Assembly: GCA_963755025.1 (NCBI GenBank)
Contig: CAVWIH010000034.1
Coordinates: 137,826-201,825 of the forward strand
Reading direction: 5' to 3'
Length of the DNA: 64,000 nt
From: an uncultured Actinomycetes bacterium
GTDB lineage: Bacteria; Actinomycetota; Thermoleophilia; UBA2241
The position numbers and the translations under genes are program-made. The notes under the pieces were generated by a model. It ran no database searches, was not told the DNA's origin, and saw nothing but the letters and a program-made list of their open reading frames with translations. Positions 20,401-29,426 of this stretch are shown here, piece by piece (position 1 is the first letter of the stretch; each line of letters starts with the position of its first letter).

Positions 20401-21340
20401 CGAACTCGCCGCTCGGGTCGTGCTGGCAGAACTTGACCTGCTGGCCGAGCAGATCGCTCAAGTCGATCACGCAGGTGCCGTCGGCGTCCGTCGTCGCCGA
20501 CCTGATCACGTGCCCGTCACTCGCCGAGAGCACTTGTATCTCGATGCCCGGCAGCCAGGCGCCGTCGATGTCCTGGGCCCAGGCGGTCAGGGTGACCGGC
20601 TCGCGGGTGAGCGTCGCGTCGACGCCGGTCTTCACGTCGCCGTCGTTCACGGCCATGAAGGTCGCGTCCGACCCGGAGGCCGCGTTCGGATAGTAGACCT
20701 CGTCGTAGCTGCCGGCGCAGTAATACCGGAGGGCGTACGTGCCCGGCGGCACCGTCAGGTCGTAGGTGCCGTCGCTCGCGGTGGTGGTGTAGTAGTCGCT
20801 CGCTACCAGGCCGTCGTCGCCGAGGGTGCAGGCGGTGACCTGGACCGTGCTCACCGGGTCGCCCGTGGTGCCGTCGAAGACGGTGCCCTGAAAGTGCGCC
20901 TGGGGTGAGCGCTGCATGACAAAGTCGACGCCGTCCACGTTGGTGTCGCCTACGGTGATCGTGTCGGCCGAGGCGAAGTCGGGCTCGTCGTTGTAGTACT
21001 GGGTCACGTGAAAGTCCGCTATGCAGCTGAGCTTGCAGTCGCCGGGGCCCATGGCCATGGCGTAGGCGCCGGTGTCGTCGGTGTAGACGTAGCCGCCCCA
21101 GACGCCGTTCGAGTCCTGAGCATGGACCGTCGCCCAGGCGATGGGGTCGCCCGTGACGGCGTCGGTCACGCGGCCCGAAACGAGTCCGGCGAGGGCGCTG
21201 CTCGGGCCGACGAGCGCCGCCAGCGCGAGCGTCGCGAACAGCGCGAGAGTCAGCAGCAGCCGCAGGTGGCGCCGGTCGGGACCGGGAGGCAGTGACCGCC
21301 TGAGATGCCGGTCGAGAACGCGCGTGCGCCGATCAGACAT
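17408..21340 (-). CDS. large secreted multidomain protein: carboxypeptidase-regulatory-like repeats, FG-GAP propeller, Ig-like (Big_9) domain, basic C-terminal Ig-like domain
   Basis: Signal peptide ([24 protein letters not shown]); repeated SGRVTD...G.Y...QYYN units; [17 protein letters not shown] and [23 protein letters not shown]...[29 protein letters not shown]. Confidence 0.85.
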   Translation of the reverse strand: [1310 protein letters not shown]

Positions 21341-21581
21341 GCCAACCCCCCGGTGTGCGTCAAACCCAGAACCTGACTAGATTCAGCCATACTAGTACGT
21401 CGAGAAGCGCGCCGCCGCCTCGCTGCACGGACTCGCTTTGAGATATCGGCAGTTGGCGCCGGTCTTGCGACTTTCTCGCGGCGCGTGCCGGCCCGCTTGC
21501 CTTCCGCGCGCGCATCCGGAACTCTTCAGAGGCCTTCGGGCAAGGACAGGGTGAGGATGCAGTCGACCCTGGGAGGTGGGT

Positions 21582-22289
21582 GTGCAGGATAGCCCCGACA
21601 GCGACGCCGACGTCATGCGCGCGTCGATCGCCGACCCGGCGCGGTTCCAGACCCTGTTCGAACGGCATTTCGAGCTCATCTTCAGGTACGCGGGCCGGCG
21701 GCTCGGCCGCCAGGCGGCCGAGGACGTGTCGGCCGAGGTGTTCCTCAAGGCCTTCGAGGCTCGCGGCCGCTACGACTTCAGCTACTCCGACGCGCGGCCC
21801 TGGCTGTTCGGCATCGCCGCGAACGTCATGCGGCGCTCGCTGCGCACCGAGGGCCGGCGCCTGCGGGCGCTGGCGCGCGAACCCAGGCGGCCGGCCGGCG
21901 CCCTTGACGAGGCGCTTGAGCGCCTCGACTCTCAGGCGACCGACCGGCGGCTCGCCGGCGCCCTCGCCGCCCTGCGCGCCGACGAGCGAGAGGCGCTGCT
22001 CCTGGTGGCCTGGGCCGACCTCACCTACGACGAGGTCGCCCGCGCCCTCGGCATTCCGGTAGGCACCGTGCGCTCGCGGCTGCACCGGGCTCGCGCGCGG
22101 ATGGGCAAGGAGCTCGGCGGCAGCGAGCTGGGCGCCGGCGAGCGTGGCGGCCCAGTGGCAGCGGCGCGCCGAAGCGACCGCGGCGGCTCGCCCGCGGCCA
22201 CGCGCCGCACTCACGACTACGACACGCTCATGACGGCGCCCCAGCCGGTCGCCCTGAAGGAGGACATTCCGTGGACGACATCGATCTGA
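21582..22289 (+). CDS. ECF RNA polymerase sigma factor
   Basis: LFERHFELIFRY, AEDVSAEVFLKAF, ARPWLFGIAAN, LTYDEVARALGIPVGTVRSRLHRAR; GGAGG before GTG. Confidence 0.93.
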   Translation: MQDSPDSDADVMRASIADPARFQTLFERHFELIFRYAGRRLGRQAAEDVSAEVFLKAFEARGRYDFSYSDARPWLFGIAANVMRRSLRTEGRRLRALAREPRRPAGALDEALERLDSQATDRRLAGALAALRADEREALLLVAWADLTYDEVARALGIPVGTVRSRLHRARARMGKELGGSELGAGERGGPVAAARRSDRGGSPAATRRTHDYDTLMTAPQPVALKEDIPWTTSI

Positions 22290-23365
22290 TCCGCGAGTAC
22301 GGCAGCGAGTTTCGCAGCCCCGACGCCGACGAGACGGCGCGGGTGCGGGAGACGGTGATGGAGCGCGTGCAGGCGGCCGACGCAGGGCCGGCGGCCGGGC
22401 GTGCGGGCGGCGCCGCGCCCAAGCCGGCGCTGCCCCGCCGCGGCGCCCGACGGCGCTGGATCGCGGTGAGCGGCGTGGCTGCCGCGGCCGCCGCGGCCGC
22501 CTTCATCGTGCCGGCGCTGCTCGGTAACTCGCCGGTCGACGGCGTGCAGAGCGCCGCCGCGGCGGCGCTGTCGAAGGTGGCGACCGTGGCTGCACACCAG
22601 CAGTCGGCGGCGCCGGTGGCGGGCCAGTTCGTCTACACCAAGACGCAGGCGGTCTGGGAGTCGACCACCTACGGCGTCGGCGCCAAGGCGTCGGCCTCGT
22701 CGGCGAGCTCGCCCACCCCGGCGCCCTCGGAGGCGTCGTACTCGGTCCTCATGCCGGTCACCCGGCAGGCCTGGATAGGCACCGACGGCAGCGGCCGCCT
22801 GCTCGAGACCGACGGCACGCCGACGTTCCTGACTGCGCACGACAAGGCCGTCTGGGAGGCCGCGGGGCGCCCCAGCCTCGGGGCCGGCAAGACCTACGAC
22901 GAGAAGTACGGCAAGGGCGGCCTGGGCTATCTCGACTTGAGCAAGCTGCCGACCGACGTCACAACGCTGCGCACCATGATCGTCGATCGCAAGATCGAGA
23001 GCGGTCCGGCGGGCGACGCCGAGACCTTCACCATCATCGGCGACCTGCTGCGCGAGACCTACGCGCCGCCGGCGCTGCGCGCGGCGCTCTACCAGATCGC
23101 GTCGGGGCTGCCCGGCGTCGAGCTGATCGGCACGGTCAAAGACGAGGCCGGGCGCACCGGCACCGCCGTGGCCTACCCGACCGGCAACGGCTACCGCAAC
23201 GAGCTCATCTTCGACCCCACGACGGCCGCGCTCCTCGGCGAGAAGTCGGTCGTGGTCGACTCGGCCGAGGTCAACCCGCACCTGCCCAACGGCACGGTGA
23301 TGGGCTGGTCGGTCTACCTCAGCTCGGGCGTCGTCGACTCGACCTCGCAGACGCCGCAGCAGTAG
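22271..23365 (+). CDS. CU044_5270-family membrane protein (putative anti-sigma partner)
   Basis: Overlaps the ECF gene; RRRW + TM helix; GQFVYTKT, LPTD, PPALRAALYQ, LPGV, DEAGRTGTAV, ELIFDPTT. Confidence 0.85.
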   Translation: MDDIDLIREYGSEFRSPDADETARVRETVMERVQAADAGPAAGRAGGAAPKPALPRRGARRRWIAVSGVAAAAAAAAFIVPALLGNSPVDGVQSAAAAALSKVATVAAHQQSAAPVAGQFVYTKTQAVWESTTYGVGAKASASSASSPTPAPSEASYSVLMPVTRQAWIGTDGSGRLLETDGTPTFLTAHDKAVWEAAGRPSLGAGKTYDEKYGKGGLGYLDLSKLPTDVTTLRTMIVDRKIESGPAGDAETFTIIGDLLRETYAPPALRAALYQIASGLPGVELIGTVKDEAGRTGTAVAYPTGNGYRNELIFDPTTAALLGEKSVVVDSAEVNPHLPNGTVMGWSVYLSSGVVDSTSQTPQQ

Positions 23366-23372
23366 TGCGAGT

Positions 23373-23397
23373 GCGGGCGGGTCTGAGACCCGCCCGC
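23373..23397. terminator. stem-loop between convergent genes
   Basis: GCGGGCGGGTC-tga-GACCCGCCCGC, 7 nt after the stop at 23365. Confidence 0.6.
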
Positions 23398-23453
23398 CCG
23401 CCTCGCGCTCTCACGGCGCCGCGCCGCGTGCCTTCCGCGCCCTTGCCCCGCAC

Positions 23454-23942
23454 TCAGGCCGCCTCGACCTCGCCCGCCTCGGTGAACAGGCCGGGCAGAA
23501 ACTGGATGTAGGCCTCGGGCGCGCTCAGCTGCGGTGCGTCGCAGAAGCTGAGGACGCTCTTCAGGTGCTGCTGGGCGACGGCGGTGCCGATCTTGCCGAT
23601 CGAGGCGCCGATCATGGCGGTCGGCTTGCGGGCGAACGAGTTCATGCCCCAGGGGCGGCTCGCCCAGTCGATGGCGTTCTTGAGCGCGCCGGGCAGGCTG
23701 CGGTTGTACTCGGGCGTCACGAACAACACGGCATCGACCGAGCCGAGCAGCTCTTTGAGCGCGCGCGCCTCGGGCGGGTAGTCGGGGTCGTAGTCGGGGC
23801 TGTAGAGCGGCAGGTTGCCGATGGGCACCTCGACGAACTCGAGGTCGCGCGGCGCCACCCTGATCAATGCCTTCGAGAGAACGCGGTTGATCGAGGTCGA
23901 CGACAGGCTGCCGACAAGGTAGCCCACCCGGTACGTCTTCAT
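23454..23942 (-). CDS. NADPH-dependent FMN reductase (C-terminus appears short)
   Basis: LVGSLSSTSINR, LPLYSPD, FVTPEYNRSLPGALKNAIDWASRP. Confidence 0.9.
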   Translation of the reverse strand: MKTYRVGYLVGSLSSTSINRVLSKALIRVAPRDLEFVEVPIGNLPLYSPDYDPDYPPEARALKELLGSVDAVLFVTPEYNRSLPGALKNAIDWASRPWGMNSFARKPTAMIGASIGKIGTAVAQQHLKSVLSFCDAPQLSAPEAYIQFLPGLFTEAGEVEAA

Positions 23943-24054
23943 GACTCCTCCTGTCCTCTGATCAAGCGGCCACCGCGCGGCGACGCGCCCGAGCCGCGGC
24001 CACGCGCCGTACTGCGCTCACGCGCCCTCGCCGCGGCCACGCGCCGTACCGCGC

Positions 24055-24897
24055 TCACGCGGCCATGTCGCGGCGGGCTTCGGAGCTCGTGGGAGCCACG
24101 CGCTCGGCCAGGAACTCCTCCCACGTGCGGCGGCCCACGGCCCTGTCGGGAGCCAGGTTGGCCCCGGCGCGCAGCGCCTTGGCGGCCTCTCCCGGCACCC
24201 AGACCGGCACCATCGTGCGTTCCACGCCGCGCGCCCGCAGGTAGGCGCGCAGCAGGTCGTCGACCCCGTAGATGTGCGGGCCGGCGACGTCGGGCACGAG
24301 CCCGGCCGGCGGGGCCAGGGCGAGCTCGACGAGCCGCTCGGCGACCTCGCCGGCGTCGATCGGCTGGAACCGCATGCCCGACGGTACCGGCAGCACCGGC
24401 AGCCTCGCCATCTGTCGGGCGACCGTCAGGAGCAGGTCGTGGAACTGCGTGGCCCGCAGGGTCGTCCACGGCAGACCGCACTCCGCGACGACTCGCTCGG
24501 CCGCCTGCTTGACACCGAAGTAGCCGAACACGGCGCGGTCGAAGCCGCTCACCACCGGCACGCGGTCGGCGCCCACCACCGAGATGTAGACGAGGTGGCG
24601 CACGCCGGCCCGTGAGGCGGCCTGCGCCAAGGTGCGGGTCGCGTCGTCGTCGCCCTTTCTGCCGCCGGCGCAGTGCACGATGATCTGCGCGCCGTCGACC
24701 GCGGCTTCAACCCCTGCGCCGGTCGCCAGGTCGCCGACGACGTACTCGACGCCCTTGTCAGAAGGATGGCCGCCCCGGCTGAGCACCCGCGTCGTGCGGT
24801 CGGCGTCGCGCAGGCGTGCGACCACGTGGCTGCCGAGTGTGCCGGTGCCGCCGGTAACGAGGATCGAATGGACCAGTACCCATCGCGCCACCTCCAT
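24055..24897 (-). CDS. NAD(P)H-binding atypical SDR (NmrA-like)
   Basis: ILVTGGTGTLG, HLVYISVVG, WTTLRATQFH, FQPIDAGEVA; exact start uncertain. Confidence 0.88.
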   Translation of the reverse strand: MEVARWVLVHSILVTGGTGTLGSHVVARLRDADRTTRVLSRGGHPSDKGVEYVVGDLATGAGVEAAVDGAQIIVHCAGGRKGDDDATRTLAQAASRAGVRHLVYISVVGADRVPVVSGFDRAVFGYFGVKQAAERVVAECGLPWTTLRATQFHDLLLTVARQMARLPVLPVPSGMRFQPIDAGEVAERLVELALAPPAGLVPDVAGPHIYGVDDLLRAYLRARGVERTMVPVWVPGEAAKALRAGANLAPDRAVGRRTWEEFLAERVAPTSSEARRDMAA

Positions 24898-24996
24898 CCG
24901 TATCGAGAGTCTCCTCGGAGTCGAAGTCTCGGCGGCGGGCGGGGCGAGGGGCAAAAGCCCCTCGCCCCGCCGCCGCGTCACGCAGCGCTCAGGCCC

Positions 24997-25425
24997 TCAG
25001 GCCGCCATCGGCATCTGCATCAGGCCGATCTGCGTGAGCATCCCCATGACGTCGAGCTGGCCCCAATGCTCGGCGATGCGGCCGTCCCGCGCATGGATGA
25101 TGTCGATCGCCTCCCACGTGGCGGTCTTGCCGGTGGGCGCCATGCCCATGAAAGGCCCGGTGTTGGTGCCCGTCCAGGTGCTGCGAGCGCACACCTGGTC
25201 GCCTACGCCGAAGGCTTCGTCGATCGTGATCCGAAGATCGGGAAAGCCCGTGCGGATCATGGTGACGATGTCCTTCACGCCCTCGCGCCCCGACCGCACG
25301 CCGGGCGCCGGCTCGTGTTCCTGAAAGTCGTCGGTGAGACACTCGTCGATGACGCTCATGTCACCGTCGGCGAACGCACCCAGAGTCACGCGCCGGAACA
25401 GCTCTACGTTTTCGCTCTCGCTCAT
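24997..25425 (-). CDS. SnoaL-like ester cyclase
   Basis: GFPDLRITID, WTGTNTGPFMGMAPTGK, DGRIAEHWGQLD. Confidence 0.92.
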   Translation of the reverse strand: MSESENVELFRRVTLGAFADGDMSVIDECLTDDFQEHEPAPGVRSGREGVKDIVTMIRTGFPDLRITIDEAFGVGDQVCARSTWTGTNTGPFMGMAPTGKTATWEAIDIIHARDGRIAEHWGQLDVMGMLTQIGLMQMPMAA

Positions 25426-25491
25426 GTGGGTCACCTCTGCGACCTGCCTGGTCGCCTCGTCGGTTGCCGTCAGCGACGGCCGCATCGGACG

Positions 25492-25585
25492 GCCGCATCG
25501 CTTTACGCGGGCGTGCCGCATCGCTTTACGCGGGCGTGCCGCATCGCTTTACGCGGGCGTGCCGCACCGCTTTACGCGGGCGTGC
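25492..25585. repeat. tandem repeat, 23 bp unit GCCGCATCGCTTTACGCGGGCGT x4
   Basis: Three exact copies and one with a single substitution, preceded by a 13-bp duplication GACGGCCGCATCG. Confidence 0.95.
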
Positions 25586-25782
25586 TCGGCCCTCAGATTC
25601 GGGGTACCCGGCCCACTGCCGCCCCCAACCGATGGGGGTCTGCTGGCGAGAGACGGGCGGCAGCGCAACGGCCGCAGTGGCCGGCCCCTGCCTGGCCTCG
25701 GCCCTTGCGGCGAGCGGGGGCGGCTAGCTTCGGGCGCGCCGGGCAGTGGCTAGCTTCGGGCGCGCCCGGGTACCTGCCAAAG

Positions 25783-27277
25783 GTGTGCGGTGTGTTCGGC
25801 ATCTACGCCCCCGGCCTCGACGTCGCGCGGCTCACGTTCTTCGGCCTGTACGCGTTGCAGCACCGCGGCCAGGAGAGCGCCGGCATCGCCGTGGCCGACG
25901 ACGGCCAGATCACGGCCGTCAGGGACATGGGCCTGGTGGCGCAGGTCTTCGACGAACGCACCCTCGCCAGCCTCAGCGGCCAGGCCGCCATCGGCCATGT
26001 GCGTTACTCGACGACAGGCTCGACGAGCTGGCAGAACGCGCAGCCGCTGATGGCGTCGGCCGACGGCGTGAGCGTGGCCGTCGGGCAGAACGGCAACCTG
26101 GTGAACGCCGGCGAGCTGCGCGCCGAGCTGCGCGCCGCCGGCACGCGGTTCGACGGCACGACCGACACCGAGCTGATCGCCGCGCTGATCGTGTGCCGGG
26201 GCTCAGGGCGCGGGCGGCTTGGATCGGGGCTCGGATGGCGGCCCGGCCACCGGTGACGCCGTCGATCGCCTCCGCCGACGGCCCTGCCGCCGATGGCTTG
26301 GGCGCCGGCGGCCTCGACGCCGCCGTGCGCGCCGCGGTCCTGCAGCATGCGCGGCGCGTTCTCGGTGACGGTGCTCGCGCCGCACGCCCTGTATGCGTTC
26401 CGCGACCCGCGCGGCATCCGCCCGCTCGCCCTGGGCGACCTGGACGGCAATCCCGTTGTGGCCAGCGAGAGCTGCGCCTTCGACATCATCGGCGCCCAGT
26501 TCGTGCGCGAGGTCGAGCCGGGCGAGATCATCAAGATCGACGAGCACGGCTTGCGCAGCGAGCGCGTGGCGGTCGGCGGGCGCGCGCCCGGCCCTGGACA
26601 TCTTCGAGTTCGTCTACTTCGCGCGCCCCGACTCGCGCCTGTACGGCCGCACGCTGGCCGCGGCCCGCGAGGAGATGGGGCAGCGCCTGGCGCGCGAGGC
26701 GCCGGCCGACGACGACCTCGTCATGCCCGTGCCCGAGTCGGGCGTGCCGGCGGCCATCGGCTACGCGCGGCAGAGCGGCATCCCCTACGGCGAGGGGCTC
26801 ATCAAGAACCACTACGTGCACCGCACCTTCATCCAGCCCGACCAGCACCTGCGCCAGCTCGGCATCCGCATGAAGCTGAACCCCGTGCCCGCGCTCATTC
26901 GGGGCAAGCGCCTGGTCGTGGTCGACGACTCGATCGTGCGCGGCAACACGATGGGCCGGCTCGTCGCGCTGCTCAAAGAGGCGGGCGCGGCCGAGGTGCA
27001 CGTGCGGGTGAGTTCGCCGCCGGTGGTCTGCCCGTCGTTCTACGGCATCGACACGCCGAGCGCCGCCGAGCTGATCGCCGCCGGCCGCGACGTCGACGAG
27101 GTGCGCCGGCTGCTCGGCGCCACCTCGCTGAGCTACCTCTCGCTCGAGGGACTGCAGCGCGCCATCGGCCTGCCCGCCGAGCTGTTCACTCGCGAGGGCT
27201 TTACCTGCGAGTACCCCGTGCCCGTTCCCGAACAAGCGGAGGCGGGCAAGCTGCGCTTCGAGCGCGGCGCGGCCTGA
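25783..27277 (+). CDS. purF: amidophosphoribosyltransferase (frameshifts near 26200-26340 and 26590)
   Basis: MCGVFGIY, LQHRGQESAGI, IGHVRYST, RDPRGIRPL, FEFVYFARPDS, VVVDDSIVRG, FYGIDTP. Confidence 0.93.
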
Positions 27278-27367
27278 GGGCGCTCGCGGACGGCTGCGCG
27301 ATCACGACCGCGGGCACGAAGACCGCGCCACGCGACCGCCACAGGCGGCCGCGGACACCGAGAAAGG

Positions 27368-28252
27368 ATGGCAGCGACCATGGAAGCCGGATTCCTCTCA
27401 AACGAGTCGCCCGTCGACGCCGGGCGAGTGAACGCCAACGGCATCGACTACTACTACGAGATCCAGGGCGAGGGCGAGCCGCTGCTCGTGCTGCACGGCG
27501 GGCTCGGCTCGATCGACCTGTTCGGACCGAGCCCCGCCCTGCGCGCCGCCGGCCGCCAGCTGATCGCCGTCGACCTGCACGGCCACGGCCGCACGCCCCT
27601 CGGCGACCGGCCTATCAGCCTGACCGACATGGGCGACGACATGGCGGTGATCCTGCAGCAGCTCGGCTACCTCCAGGTCGACGCCATCGGCTACTCGCTG
27701 GGCGCCGGCGTCGCCTTCCGACTCGCCGTGCAGCACCCCGAGCTGGTGCGCCGCCTGGTGCTGGTCTCGGCCGGCTTCAGCCAGGACGGCTTCTTCGCCG
27801 AGATGATCGCCCAACAGGCGCAGATGAGCGGCGCCATCGCCGACCGCATGATGGAAACGCCGTTGTACACGTCGTACGCGGCGATCGCGCCGCACCCCGA
27901 GGAGTTCCCGCAGGCTGCTCGACCGCATGGGCGAGCTCATGCGGCAGCCTTACGACTACACGAGGACGCCAAGAGCCTGCGCATGCCGGTCATGCTCGTC
28001 TACGGCGACAGCGACATGTTCCGCCCCGAGCACATGGTCGAGTTCTACCACCTGCTGGGCGGCGGGCTGCGCGACGCCGGCTGGCTGCGCGAGAACATGG
28101 CGCAGAACCGGCTCGCCATTCTTCCCGGTCAGACGCACTACGACATTTTCACGTCGGCGGCGCTGGTGCCGACGGTGCTGCCGTTCCTGAACGGGGAGAT
28201 GGGCGCGAGCGGCGCGGGGAGTGGGGCGGAGCAGGCCGAACGGGCGGCGTAG
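27368..28252 (+). CDS. alpha/beta hydrolase (local frameshifts near 27910-27960)
   Basis: PLLVLHGGLGS, VDLHGHGRT, GYSLG, VYGDSD, LPGQTHY. Confidence 0.88.
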   Translation: MAATMEAGFLSNESPVDAGRVNANGIDYYYEIQGEGEPLLVLHGGLGSIDLFGPSPALRAAGRQLIAVDLHGHGRTPLGDRPISLTDMGDDMAVILQQLGYLQVDAIGYSLGAGVAFRLAVQHPELVRRLVLVSAGFSQDGFFAEMIAQQAQMSGAIADRMMETPLYTSYAAIAPHPEEFPQAARPHGRAHAAALRLHEDAKSLRMPVMLVYGDSDMFRPEHMVEFYHLLGGGLRDAGWLRENMAQNRLAILPGQTHYDIFTSAALVPTVLPFLNGEMGASGAGSGAEQAERAA

Positions 28253-28263
28253 GGGCTTTGCTC

Positions 28264-28311
28264 GGAGGTGGGGTAGAGGACGCACGCGTCGAGGAGCGCG
28301 ATCCACCCCAC
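28264..28311 (-). pseudogene. truncated PIN-domain toxin (first ~15 codons only)
   Basis: A GTG 2 nt after the excisionase-like stop reads MGWIALLDACVLYPTS, the typical PIN_3 N-terminus; homology is then lost at the convergent hydrolase. Confidence 0.7.
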
Positions 28312-28313
28312 GG

Positions 28314-28788
28314 TCAGTAGTCCAGGCCGTACTCAGCCGATTTGTTCGTGAGGTCGCGCAGCGCCTTGCGGCGTTCGGCGTCGCGCACATCGCGGTACCT
28401 CGCGAGATCCTCGAAATAGATACGTCGGTGAGCACCCGTTTTGTGAAAAGGAATGTCGCCCGCGTCGAGGAGCTTGACCAGATGGGGCCGCGAGACGCTG
28501 AGCAGGTCGGCGGCCTGTTGCGTCGTGAGCTCGTGGTGCACGGGGATGATTGAGACCGCGTTTCCTTGCGACATGGCGGCGACCGCTTGCACGAGCACCT
28601 TGTAGATGGATGTTGGAATCTCGAGCGTCTCGCCGTTCGGCGAGACGAGCGAAGCCCGTTTGGTGGTGCTGATACGCTGCGCCTCCATGAACGAGAACAG
28701 CTTCCGGACAGAGTCGGTCTCGCGCTTGTCGGGAGCAATCGGGGTTTGGCACTGTTCGACAGTGCTCGGCGTCAGTGCACGCTTCCAT
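28314..28788 (-). CDS. excisionase-family (HTH_17) DNA-binding protein, antitoxin-like; 5' end probably frameshifted
   Basis: LEIPTSIYKVLVQAVAAMSQGNAVSIIP, ELTTQQAADLLSVSRPHLVKLLDAGDIPFHKTGAHRRI; SD GGGAG before ATG at 28788. Confidence 0.88.
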
Positions 28789-28831
28789 CTCAGTCTCCCG
28801 GTGAGAGTGCTTACGATCGGGATTCTAGCAC

Positions 28832-28865
28832 TAAACGAAATAAACGAAACACGAAGAGGCGTCGG
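28832..28865 (-). promoter_or_regulatory. extended -10 promoter with direct-repeat operator
   Basis: Minus strand TGcTAGAAT (28840-28832), adjacent to TAAACGAAA-TAAACGAAA-CACGAA direct repeats. Confidence 0.6.
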
Positions 28866-29019
28866 AACGGGGTGACGTTTTCTTGAGCTCAGGCGGGCGC
28901 GTGAGCGTGGCCCATCGCGCGGGCTGACGTCCGAGATGCTGCCCTGCTGGCCGCGCCTCCGCAGCGTCTTGGGCATGAGGCGGCGCCAGGCCATCTCGTG
29001 GCGCCTCCGCCACCCTTCG

Positions 29020-29048
29020 TTGTCAACTTGACCAGTTCTGGTCATACT
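29020..29048 (+). promoter_or_regulatory. leaderless promoter with palindromic TA operator
   Basis: TTGTCA-17 nt-CATACT, with the ATG at 29055 directly downstream; TGACCAG-tt-CTGGTCA at 29029-29044 overlaps it. Confidence 0.75.
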
Positions 29049-29054
29049 GTGACC

Positions 29055-29426
29055 ATGGAACGCGTGACCGTAGCCCAGCTCAAGTCCAGGCTCAGCTACT
29101 ACCTGCGCGAGGTACGCGCCGGCAGGTCGTACACGGTCGTGAGTCGCGACATCCCCGTGGCGACGCTCGGGCCGCACGGCACCGTCGACGACGACGGCCT
29201 CGTCTCCATCCCGGCCGACCCGTCGGCTCCCTCCCTTTCGGCCCCCGTGATCGGCAGGGCGGCCGACGCCCCCGACGCCGTCGAGCTCATCCGCGAGGGA
29301 CGGGCGGACAGTGCGGATCCGCCGGCCTTGTCCGGCAGGGGCGCCGGTGGCGACCGCGACCCAAGCGCCGGTCCGGGTACCGGGCAACGGACCGCTCGCG
29401 CCGACCGGGGCGACGACGCCGGGTGA
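29055..29426 (+). CDS. Phd/YefM (prevent-host-death) family antitoxin with low-complexity C-terminal extension
   Basis: VTVAQLKSRLSYYLREVRAGRSYTVVSRDIPVATL. Confidence 0.88.
   Translation: MERVTVAQLKSRLSYYLREVRAGRSYTVVSRDIPVATLGPHGTVDDDGLVSIPADPSAPSLSAPVIGRAADAPDAVELIREGRADSADPPALSGRGAGGDRDPSAGPGTGQRTARADRGDDAG

Noticed and set aside
21518-21545. ECF autoregulatory promoter (GGAACT...)
   Set aside because: A -35-like GGAACT is present, but I cannot assign a convincing -10 without the group consensus.
23454-23500. Truncated FMN reductase as a notable event
   Set aside because: The C-terminus seems about 20 aa short, but this cannot be separated from natural variation or assembly error.
28314-28788. 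Prophage or ICE excisionase
   Set aside because: No integrase, att repeats or phage genes; the architecture and downstream PIN remnant fit the HTH_17-PIN TA-like module.
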